A stretch of 64,000 nucleotides of DNA, taken from the NCBI GenBank assembly GCA_964234715.1, contig OZ174284.1; one strand, 5' to 3'. Every line of letters begins with the position of its first letter. Position 1 is the first letter of the stretch. Below are positions 13,446 through 24,522 of this stretch, one piece after another. The notes beneath the pieces were generated by a model. The model did not search any database and had not been told where the DNA came from. It worked only from the letters and a program-made list of their open reading frames with translations. The translations under genes were made by a program, and so were the position numbers. The DNA is from Podarcis melisellensis. Taxonomy: Eukaryota.

Positions 13446-13635
13446 AGCAGGTACAGCAGCAATACGATGTTGTTTCCTTTAGGAATTGTTCAGGGAATGA
13501 GTCACAGTGCCTACTGATAGGGGTCAATACTAAAAAACAAATTAGGAAACCCTTTATCAGGTCAGCTGAGCCCCTGATAATATTAATCTGATTGGGCTAG
13601 TAAAATAAGACAGTCACTAAGCTTACGGTTAGTGT

Positions 13636-13810
13636 GCTTCCATGCGCTGCTCTGGTTTCGCCAGAAACGGCTTAGTCATGCTGGCCACATGACCCAGAGA
13701 AACTGTCTGCGGACAAACGTTGGCTCCCTCGGCCAGTAAAGCGAGATGAGCGCCGCAACCCCAGAGTCATTCACGACTGGACTTACCTGTCAGAGGTCGT
13801 TTACCTTTTT
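13636..13810 (+). mobile_element. Sauria SINE, 3' half (variant)
   Basis: Same body as the 13277 copy with a different central segment; ends tttaccttttt. Confidence 0.88.
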
Positions 13811-14796
13811 AACCTTACTTAAGCATTGGGGTGGAAGGATAGCAAAGAAAAACTGCAGTAGTTTAATTTCTCTTGTTGGCAGTACAAACATTGTGGAATA
13901 GAAACGATTTTACTGAAGAGGGAGGGTGAAAACATGCACATAGAACTTGCTCTGTGTGTCAGTCACAGTTGGAAGAAAGGCAGGTAAGGGCTGTAGCTTA
14001 GTGGTTGAGGATGTGTTTTGCATGAAAAACGGGCTCTAGTTTCAACCCTTGCCATCTACAGGTATGGCTGGGAAAGACCTTTGTCTGAAATACTGGAGTG
14101 TCATGACACCAGAGTCTAGCAGTGACTTGAGTTGGGGTCTCTAGCGTTGCCAGCTAAGGAACCAAACCAGGTTCCTGACTCTGAGCCTAATGCTGGTGAA
14201 ACGGAGACCATTGAGCCCAAGGCTGGCAGTACTACCTGGCCCAGATATCAGAGCACAAGGGTCTATAGGACTCGACCCAGAACCTTCATGCTACCCTAAT
14301 GCTAGCTGGTTGCCATAAATTGTTTCTTTGGCACACTTAACTTTCTTTGCATTGTGCCCATTGAGTTTTTCCAAGTGTAGGTGTGAACTGGCCTAGTGTT
14401 GAATGACTCCTTAGAAGTCCTAAGCAGTCAGGGATTTATCAATGTATAGAAGCAAAGGAGGAGCAAGAAGTAATTGTCTGTTTTAGCCAGCCAACATTTG
14501 GAAGCAGTTTTGAACAGGTTTACTTACTACCTTGCTTTTAGAGACATTGGTGGTAATGCGAGTTTTCCCTCCCATTTGCGTAGTGATGGAGGGGAGGGAA
14601 CAATTATAGTAGAGACCGTGGCGGAGATGAAAGTTTAAGCTTCTCCTTAGCCTTTTGTCACAGCATTTATATTGGTGGGTTCCTCCGCCACAGCCTTTTC
14701 CATTTTTATAAAGTGCGCCTTAAATGTAAAATATGTTTAGTGTCATGTTTAGTTTGGCAAAAGAGGGAGGGAGTTGACTATGAATAAATGGAAGTA

Positions 14797-14960
14797 CAGT
14801 GGTACCTCGGGTTACAGACTCCGCTAACCCGGAAGTAGTACCTCGGGTTAAGAACTATACCTCAGGATGAGAACAGAAATTGCACGGTTAAGAACAGTTT
14901 CAGGTTAAGAACGGACCTCCGGAACAAATTACCGTAAGTTCTTAACCAGAGGTACCACTG
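14797..14960. mobile_element. Tc1/mariner MITE family A, orientation A, internally deleted
   Basis: TIRs and TA TSD. Confidence 0.9.
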
Positions 14961-15350
14961 TATGCAGTGCAAGGGCCTGTGAATGTCATGTCTGTGGAAT
15001 GGTTTTTTCACTGAAGTGTGTTTCTCCCCAGCTCTATTCTTTCAGACACCAGGTAAAAACTCACCTTTTTGCCAGGCTTTTAGTGGCTGATGGCTTAAGT
15101 CGTTTTATGGGGTTGTTAATTATGCTATTTATGATATTTTTTTGTTTGTTTATTATGTATTGTCCTTTTTTTGGTAAGCCACCCTGTCACCTTTTTTGGT
15201 GAATGGTTTATAGAAATGTCTTAAAATACATAAATGGATTTGTAAAGACAATATCTCTCAACAGAACATTTTACTCGCAATAATAATAAAATAAATGGTC
15301 TTGTCTTATAATATTGCTGCTGTTTTCCTAAGAGACAATTAGCCTTTGAA

Positions 15351-15549
15351 TAGGGTTGCCATACCTTGAAGAGCAAAAAAGAGGACAGCCTGAGCCACTG
15401 CCAACCTGAGCCAGGGAAAGAGGCTTGGGCTGGCAGCAGCCCTAGTGTGCAGAGCAGCCCGAGGCTGAGAAACCGGGACGTTTCCTTTAAAATGTAAAAA
15501 TCCACCCAGATGGACATGTCTGGGATTTCCCGGACGTATGGCAACCCTA
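15351..15549. mobile_element. hAT MITE, Blackjack-like termini
   Basis: Perfect 14-bp TIR TAGGGTTGCCATAC / GTATGGCAACCCTA; perfect 8-bp TSD CCTTTGAA. Confidence 0.92.
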
Positions 15550-16067
15550 CCTTTGAATGAAGGCAACTGGCCAGAGCAAAACCCAATTCATAGCCAGTGA
15601 CAGACATCTGATCCTGATTTCTGTTTGCAAACCTAAAACTGCAGATGTTGTAGATTTGTTGGGGCTGATCTGGTGCTGATTTTTTGTTCTTTTTAACAAC
15701 ATTGAAAGCTGAATATTCTGAGATCACAATATGAAGCCATCTTATACCTAATCCGGCTATTGGTCCATCTAGCTCCATATTGTCCATATATGTGTGTTGT
15801 ATTGATCAGTTTGTTTCCCCCCAAGAAACCTCAGCAAGTGTCTCCCAAAATTTAGTTTCTGCACTGGCTGTTTTAATTTACTTATTTAGAATTAGATTAT
15901 TTAACTGCAGAAGATTTATACCCTGCGTTTGGATTTAACAATCCTGAAACCAGCTTCCAGTTTCTTGCAAACGTGTGTGTGTGTGTGTGTGTGCGCGCGC
16001 ACATCCTTGTGGGAACAAGACTTGAATGAGTTTCTCTGCCAGTCAGTGACTCTGGCTCCACCTACTG

Positions 16068-16216
16068 CAGCGGTTCTCAACCTGTGGGTCCCCAGATGTT
16101 GTTGGACTACAACTCCCATCATCCCTGAGCTCTGGCCTTGCTAGCATTAGGGTAGCATGAAGTGATGGGAGTTGTAGTTCAACAACATCTGGGGACACAC
16201 AGGTTGAGAAAGGCTG
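16068..16216. mobile_element. Palindromic hAT (Charlie-like) MITE
   Basis: Perfect 8-bp TSD ACCTACTG; long arms with GGACTACAACTCCCATCA / TGATGGGAGTTGTAG. Confidence 0.92.
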
Positions 16217-17198
16217 ACCTACTGCCTGCCAGTCTCATTGGGGACCCACCATTATTGCACACAAACATGCCCCAAGCCCATACAGCCCAGCAGCCACTGG
16301 CTGATGGATGGGGGCGGAGTGTGCTTCCCTTTAGCTACACAGTCCTGGGACAACAGGCAGTTGGAAGGGAAGGAGAAACTGCTCCATCTCTGGCCGATGG
16401 ATGGAGCAGGTTGGTTTCCCTTCTGCTGTGATGTTCTTCCTGGGAGGCAGTGGGATACAACCGCCACAGTGCAACCGAAGCATGAATCAAGTTATTTCCA
16501 CGTTCTCCGCTTGTCTGACAAAATGTGGATATCCTTTAATTCTTCATGTTGACGGGCCTTCAGTTGCATAAAGGAATTGATTAACAAAGCTGTAGGATGC
16601 GAGAGGGAACGAAGGAAGGAGAGGGAGAATGGATACAAATGTAAGCGTTTCCTCCTCTGGCTTTGCGAGGAGGTAAAAGACAAATGAAGTGCCTGGAGTT
16701 AATCATAAAAAAAAAGCCTCAGTAGCTTGCCATTTGTTTTCATATCATCTCGTTAATGCCTGACAATGCTAATAGTCAAATTCCTAGGATACCTATGTCA
16801 TCTCTGCACATACCAAGTAAATTACTTCTTAGCAGGGCTGTAGCAGTACATGACACTGATGGGAACATTTGTTATAAATGACTGAGTGATGAGCAAAAGA
16901 TCTCAAATTACTTCTCACTGGGCTGCTCGCACATGGACACGTTGAGTGTTGGGTGTGAAAACGGCCCCCTCCAGTTTGCAGAGCCATTTGTCTGACGAAC
17001 CTGTGGGGGGCATTTTCAGAGATTTTGCTGGAAAGGACAGGGGTGAAGGTGGGGAGATAAATGCATTTAGCCCTGCGTTTTTCAGGAGACTGGCTTACCG
17101 TGATCGATACTGCACATGGAAGCAGAGTGTTACAATCCTGCTGGCGCTGGGAGGCAGGGAGGAGCTTTGCCATTGCTCCAGGTGGCTGGAGAAGTTCA

Positions 17199-17342
17199 GA
17201 ATCATAGAATTTGCAGAGTTTGAAGGGACTGCGAGGGGCATCTTCTCCCAACCCCCTGCCCTGCAGGACTCCTTTGCCCAATGTGGGGCTCAAAGCCATG
17301 ACCCTGAGATGAAGAGTCACTGAACCACTTAAGCCGCAGCAA
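17199..17342 (-). mobile_element. SINE with tRNA-Lys(CTT)-like head and CR1 3' tail
   Basis: 17275-17320 resembles the reverse complement of the tRNA-Lys 3' half (GCCCAAyGTGGGGCTC.AA.CCA.GACCCTGAGAT.AAGAGTC); tail ends in ATTCTATGATTC on the minus strand. Confidence 0.75.
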
Positions 17343-18879
17343 TACAGCAACATGGAGAGTAGCCCACGTGATGGCACAGTGTCATTCTCAGTGGACCAGG
17401 CTCAGTAAGGGACACCTGCCAGCAGACTACAGGGTTAGGAAGGAGGTGCTGCCAGGGTGAGGATTCCAGGTGTCAGCATGCAGGGAACAGTGGCCTTCCC
17501 TTTTAATATTACCAGGTTGCTGCTATAGGGCAGGTTGCGTTTGTGAATGTGCCACCCAAGCCAGTTTTCAAGAACGTTCTGAGTTAATTACAGGCTACTC
17601 TCGGCATTAATAGTAGACTGACAGGGCCTTTAGAGTAGAGTTCTCTCTCTCCTCTCTCTCTCTCTGTGTATGCGTGGAGCACAATATATTAAAGTCTACA
17701 TCTGTTTAGTTTCCTTAGCATCCAGTTCCTTATTTCCCCTATGCCATTTTGACAACTCAACGTGATGAAGTGGTAAAGAACACCAACATATATACATACA
17801 CACTACAATGAAACAGGAAAGAATGGAAAATAGAAACACTGAGAGAGTTACTCACAACGCCAGGGATTGTGTGCAAGCGGAGTGGGAATCTCAGCTCTCT
17901 CAGCTGGTTACGAACCTTCCATAAGAGCTGGTCACAAAAGGAGTTTTAACATTCTGCCCCTGTTCCCAGTCTCCTAACAACTCTCAGCACCCTTAACAAA
18001 CTACAGTTCCCAGGATTCTTTGGAGGGGAGGGGAATCCATTGCTGCTTAAAATGGTAATCATCTTGCAGATATATCTCTACTGTGCTGTTGCTTGTCTTT
18101 TTCCATTTCATCTTCTATCATTCTTCTCCTTTGATTCACAGTCTAAAAGACACAACAAGGAAAGAAAAGAAAAAAGAAAGGGGGAGAGCAAACAAACTCC
18201 AGCACATTTTCTTAAAGTTAAAGTCCTTTTAACAACCAGCTAGGATGGAGCAATTCTTCTAGGTGATGGATGAGGGAGAAGGAAAGTCAAGGCAGCTGGT
18301 CTCTCAACAGAATTTGTCCTGTTATGGCAACAGATTTATCAAAGTATTATAATTTTGTGGGTGAGCTGCCCTTTGCTGTGTTGTTCAGTGTAAGCAAATT
18401 ATGTCAAAAATGAAGTTAGGTTTTTCCTGTTATTCACGTTTTCTCTCTCAGTCCTCAAGACTTGAAAGACTTGAAAATACATGTGTGTGAGGGTAGATGG
18501 TTGGTGGTGCATTTCGTTTTTAATTCCATTCCATTATTTATTTAAAATATCCATTGCCTTCCTTTCCATTTAAAAAAGATGTCCAAGGTGACTGGCAACT
18601 TTTTCACAACCAACAAAATCTAAATATACCTGTAGTAGCACTCATAAAAACATGGGAAAGATAAGAATGCAGATAAGAGATGGGTCACAGCAGATGAAAA
18701 GTCAAAGGTTTACATGCAGTGAATCTGTTACCTGTAGGCTCATCATAGAATTAAGACAGGTATGCTACCTACTATGTAATTAGAGAAGCTGCTAATTCTC
18801 CTAGCTTCTGTGCAGTATTTGTGTTAAATCACCAAGACTATGAGAGATGGGGATTGGGTCAGATCACTCTTAAACTTTG

Positions 18880-19640
18880 CCCAAGACATGTATAACTGTG
18901 TTTCACATGAAGCTTTACTTACATTCACCTTCAAACTGTCTTTATTCCCTAGCATGGCTCATTCCCAATGCTCTTGCGTTTATTAAATTCACTTGGCTCC
19001 AGCCAGTGGCACAAAGCACTCAAGATTTTGCAATCCTAATAGTTTGAATGGAAGTATATTGAATTGCCACACCCCTGCCCTCCACAGCTTTCCTTGGCCT
19101 TCTCTTTCAACGTTCCCACTTTTATTCCCAGAGCTTTGTAATCCTGAATATATTGGTTTATACTGCATTTAACCAAGTTGAGCTCTTTCTGTGGTGATTT
19201 GTGACACTGTGTTTGCTCAAGAAGCATAGTAGAAATATTGGCAAAATGTGTCATTTTAACCACTACAACTTGGGTGCATCTTTTGATTTGCTGCGATCAT
19301 TAAGGGGTCAGTGTTAACTTTGAACAGATCTTTGAACATCCCTGGATAATTTTCCTCTGATGTATTTGATGTTTTTAACCTTCCACTTAATTTGTTCACT
19401 TGCCGTATTGCATCTTTGTTATACAACTCCATGTTAATTCCTAAAAGCTCTGATTTAGTTTGATTGAGCTTATGCCCTGACACACTTCCAAATTCTCCTA
19501 GTATGTCCATTAATCTTATCAGAGATGAACTAAGGTTTCCTTAAAAAGAAATTCGCATCATCTGCATGTGATGTGACCTTGTAATCATTCTTTGAACACC
19601 AAGTACTCTCTCTTTGGCTCTTATAGATTCTGACACATAT
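18880..19640 (-). mobile_element. Old L1/Tx1-clade LINE RT fragment
   Basis: Minus-strand DYKVTSHADDA (YADD-like) followed by ILGEFGSVSGHKLNQTKSELLGIN. Boundaries approximate. Confidence 0.75.
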
Positions 19641-19703
19641 ATGCATGCAATCATCCATTGTAGGTGGGCAGATGTTCTGAATTTTAACTTAGAACACCTG
19701 ATT

Positions 19704-20054
19704 CAGGCCCGGCCCACCCATGAGGCAAGGTGAGGCAATGGCCTCAGGCAGCAGGACCCACAGAGGCAGCAGATCCAGCCTCCAAGGAATGCATCGCCTG
19801 CTGTTGTTGCGGCGGCTGCAGTGGCAGATGCCCCATGTTCCTTGGAGGCTGGATCCGCTGCCTCTTTGGCAGCTCTCTCCATGCTGCTTCTGCAGTGGCC
19901 TCTTGGCGAAAAGAAGGCGCTGCTGGTCTCTTCCCACACTTGTTCCCGATCTAGATCTTTATTCCCCGCTCATTCCCAATGTAGATCTTCACTCACCCTT
20001 TCTTCCCTGGCCAGGGATTCACCTCAGGTGGCAAAATGTCTTTGGCCAGCTCTG
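19704..20054. mobile_element. Non-autonomous hAT (Tip100-like) element
   Basis: Termini caggcccggcc / ggccagctctg; degenerate 8-bp TSD acctgatt/ccctgact. Related fragments near 170, 27040-27320, 28230, 35455 and 36885. Confidence 0.6.
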
Positions 20055-20749
20055 CCCTGACTTTTGATAGACAAGCAATTCTCTGCTCATCTGCCCACGT
20101 AATTTACTGCCAGAGAGAACCCCTTTGCAGGTTCTTGGTTACCCCTATTCTCCATGGAACCATGATTTGGCTCGTGAAATTTAGAAGGGGGTCGTTTAAA
20201 TCAAAGCTCTGCTAAGTAGGAAGGAAAAGCACCCTTGGATTGTCAGTCTTTACTGAACGATACGTGAAATGCTGTACACTGTTGTCAGGCAGAGCTATTA
20301 CGAGACAATTGTCTCGGGTGGCAGGCACAGGGGAGTGGCGAATTGGTGCCCTCCGGACTCCCTACTCACTTGCCTCACTTCCTGCTGGTCGTGCTGCTGC
20401 TATTACCCTAAAACCTGAGAGCCTTCCTTCTCCTTGCCTCTATTTGAGAAAGCATTTTGATTGAGATGGACAGGAGAGTGTAGTTGAAACCACTAAGCTA
20501 AGCCATGGTTTGGCTTAGTTCAGCTTAGTGTGTTGTGGTTTGCCTTCTCCCGACAAACCATGAGCCATGGAATAAAACTTGGCTGCTGCTTGAAGTTTTT
20601 CTCAAGTGAGACAAACCATGAACCCAGGTTTGCACGGCGCACTAAGACAAACCATGGCTTAGCTCACAGAAGGACAGTGGTAACAAGTGCGGACGAGGAG
20701 CAAAGTGGCCGCTATCTCCTCTCCGGCATCCCATAGACTTGCACTAAGG

Positions 20750-20885
20750 CAGGCATCCCCAAACTTTGCCCTCCAGATGTTTTAGGATTATAGTTCCCAT
20801 CATCCCTGACCACTGGTCCTGTTAGCTAGGGATGATGGGAGTTGTAGTCCAAAAACATCTGGAGGGCCGAGTTTGAGGATGCCTA
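20750..20885. mobile_element. Palindromic hAT MITE nested in an older element
   Basis: Arms aggcatccccaaact...ccctccagatgtttt / aaaacatctggaggg...agtttgaggatgcct. Confidence 0.85.
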
Positions 20886-21126
20886 TGCTAAGCCATACTT
20901 TTGCTTGGCAGAGACATGGGGATCCTCTGGCCTGTTGTCCTTATTAGGCCCAGCAGGTGTCTTACTGTGGCCTGTAAGGATGTTTCCTCAACCCATGCCC
21001 ACCTGTCTCACTTCAGATTTTGCATATGATGTTGGCCTATGAAGATGCAGCTGTGGAAGAAAAGTCGGGAGCTTAAACAGGCTTGCTGTCAGTGCCGATT
21101 AGCTGTCAGCGAACCCCTTTGAAGTT

Positions 21127-21207
21127 CATAGAATCATGGAACCATAGATTTGTAGAATTGGAAGGGACACCAAGGGTCATCCAGTCCAGCCCCCTGCAGT
21201 GCAGGAA
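21127..21207 (-). mobile_element. CR1 3' tail fragment
   Basis: Reverse complement of cctgca.tgcagggggytggac...ccttccaa.tct...attctatg, the same tail as 51980-52050. Confidence 0.75.
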
Positions 21208-22754
21208 AATCTCAACCAAAATAGTCCATTTGCGTGCTGTCACCTGATATCATAGTTTTACGAGGTCATTGGCGGGTGGGTGAACCACTCACCTGTAAAA
21301 ATGGCCTGTGGAGGGATGGGTTAGTTCTACTTCTGGCCGCCAGGCTGAAAAACGCCCCCCACCCCTGGCTTAGCATAACGTTTGTAACAGGTCAATGTGT
21401 ATATATAGGATGAAGCAATGTGAATTACTGAAATGAAGCCTTGTTTGTTCATCTTCCAGGAGGTTTTAGTTTGTGGACACCTTTTGAGCGCAGAGTACCC
21501 CACGGCGAAGGGCAGGATCCATCCAGTTTCTTTCCACTCATGGATCTAAAAAACCGAGGCTTTAATTCAGACCTCAAAAGGGTGATTCAGTTCCACGTTG
21601 CCAGCAAAGGCAAATGACCTCATGGCATGAATAAGCGAGGAAAGATTAGCTGGGCAGAGAAGTAAGCTGCTACTGTATGCAAATGGCCACAGAATAATTT
21701 ACCAAAGGACAGATTAGGAGGAAGCTAGGAGCGGGTGGGAGCAACAAGCAAATTATCTGTACATTAATAAAATAAAATAATGCAGCACTTTCAATTAATC
21801 CCTGTTGTTCATTTGAAATGCAGGGTTCTCTCTCTATTCTCCCCCCTTCTCTTTGTTTGCTTCTATCTGTGCCCTTTTCATTTGCAAGCAGGAGGGAGGA
21901 AGGGTTTAGCAAAGTAAAGAGTTAATGAAATGCTCAATGGGGGATTATAAAAGAACCAAGCACTCACAGACAATTAAGGGAAGAGAACTGAATATGCCAG
22001 GAGGGAGAGTGGCTGGGTAATGGGTGGCTTCATTTCATTCCCTTCCCAATAATGTCGTGAAAGGCTCTCCTATAAGGGCCAGTGCCACCAGAAGCTGTCT
22101 TTTCCTGTGCATTTATATTTATTCATCCAATTTTCAGCCTGCTCACTCCCCAGTTCCAGAGGCTTAGGGTGGGCAATTGCGATGTTTAAACACATAAAAC
22201 TGCTTTCTTTCTTTTTTTGCACATATAAAAAGTAGGTTCTCGTGCAAGCTCTCCCTCGTTTGCAAAAGCCAACCAAAAAAAGAGGATTAACGTCGTTGCT
22301 CCTGAAAGATGTTGAGACTTCTGTTAATGTCAGTGGGATTGCGCAACCCCAGTGCATGGCATAGTTCCGTGTTAAGGAGCACGTGGTTTGCCCACATTAG
22401 ATTTCAGACCTCCCCATCAAAGTATCAGGTAAGAGGTGGTGGAGAACAGCTCTGCCTGAAATCCTGGGCACCCCTGCCAATCAGAGCTGACAATTCAGGG
22501 CAAAATGGACCAATGGCCTGTCTTGATATATGGCAGCATCTTATGTTTTGACAGCTTCTGGCCCACAGTGGGGGGGGACAACACACAATTCTCTCCTGGC
22601 AACGTGAGCAAGAGGGTGCTTTCCTACTCCTTGGTGGGCACCAGGTTATCCACCGTAAGAACTAGATTGCCCTTTTTGTGATATAGCAGGGCTCTTTTTA
22701 AATTTATGTTTCCCAGAGTTGGAGGGCAACAGGTTGAGAAAGGCTGGGCTAGAG

Positions 22755-22896
22755 AAGGGTTTCCCAAACTTGGACCTCCAGCTGTTTTTGGACTACAACT
22801 CCTGTCATCCCTAGCTAGCAGGACCAGTGGTCAGGGATGATGGGAACTGTAGTAAAAAAAAACAAACAGCTGGAGATCCAAGTTTGGTGAACCCTG
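22755..22896. mobile_element. Palindromic hAT MITE
   Basis: Arms agggtttcccaaacttgga.ctccagctgttt / aaacagctggagatccaagtttgg..aaccct. Confidence 0.85.
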
Positions 22897-24280
22897 CCCA
22901 AATTGTGGCCCCTTCCCTTGGAGCAGCTCCTTCCAGGACAACCATTCCTTTCATCAAGTAAAGAGAGTACACCCCAGCCCTCCCGCAACCTTCTCCAAGG
23001 TCAGCTGCATTGGTGTGCTGGATGTCTTAGTGGCGCCCACTAAATGGGTCGTGATGAGTTAAGCAAAATGTTGGTGCAGAGGCAGTAGGGAACTCTTCAC
23101 ATCCTACTAAAATATGTTTTCTAAAATAGGGAAAAAGGGAGGAGGGTAAATATCTTCCTGTTCGTTGACTAATGACACATTCAGCTCATACTCTAGCTGT
23201 GAGGTCTGCTACTATTTCTAGAGCAACATTTTTCTGGATGAGTAATGCCAGCATCTAACTTTATGCATGCGCGTAATGGGTAACCAGAATGTGGAGATAA
23301 AGGGGTGTGCTTATGCCGTGGCCTGAAAAGCCACATAATTCCAAAATAATATGTATATTAATGCGAATGAAGCCAGGAAATATGCTTTTCTCAGAGAGGC
23401 AGATGGCAATGTTGCGCTGATAACCGTGTTTACTCCAAGGTGGTTGGCTTCATAGCAGGGTGAAATGTTGGAGACATAATTTTGTCGTTTTCATTTTTGA
23501 TTTTTTTTAAAAAATATAATCAGTTATTGTTAGCCCCCTTGGATTTCCTTTGTGGCTATAAATAAAAAGGTAGGATATAAACATTTTAATTGAAAAGTAA
23601 ATAAAAGCTGATGGCAATGTGTTCTGAGCAAGAGAGACATTCTTTCTTCCTATCCACCCTTTTTTTCTTCTGGTAGTTGATCTTAGCTGGATTCCCCCTT
23701 CATGTTAAACAATGAGCATTCTTCTTAACAAGCCTGTCAGGGCCATGTTTGATGTTTTTACCAGGATAAACCCACTCCTCTTTGTTTAATTTCGCAGTCA
23801 CTCTTGGTGCCTGTGGTCTCTACAAAAATGGATCTGCAGTGCTGTTAATCACTCCTGGGGTCTGAACGCCGCATTGCTGAGTTTTATCACTAGGAACAGG
23901 ATCAAACCACAACACCTTTTAACCGTCCACAGATGAAACAACCCTGATGCATCTCCCATCTTACACAAGATCCAGAGTAGTGGTTTCATTGAAAGAGAAT
24001 CTTTTGCCAATAAGACAAGCCACTGTAGAAATTAAAAATGGGCTTGTCTCTTTGACTGTAAGGATAACAGCTGCAGAGAGAGAAAACACCCCTTGGTGTT
24101 TCTGGCTGCAGAGGTGGCTCTCTTTCTTCTGAACAGTGTTGTAGGTTTCCCAGAAAATTCTGAAAATAAAAAAAAATATTAGGGGGGGGGAGGGAAATTT
24201 TTGTCTCTTGTGGAAAGTTTTATGCCATCCATCACTGCTTCTGGCTTTATCACTTTCTTTAGCCCTGACCACTATTACTA

Positions 24281-24522
24281 CAGTGGTACCTCGGGTTACA
24301 TACACTTCAGGTTACAGACGCTTCAGGTTACAGACTCCACTAACCCAGAAATAGTGCTTCAGGTTAAGAACTTTGCTTCAGGGTGAGAACAGAAATCGTG
24401 CTCCTGCGGTGCGGCGGCAGCAGGAGGCCTCATTAGCTAAAGTGGTGCTTCAGGTTAAGAACAGTTTCAGGTTAAGAACGGACCTCCAGAACGAATTAAG
24501 TACTTAACCCGAGGTACCACTG
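24281..24522. mobile_element. Tc1/mariner MITE family A, orientation A, longest copy
   Basis: TIR CAGTGGTACCTCGGGTTA / TAACCCGAGGTACCACTG; TA TSD. Confidence 0.93.
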
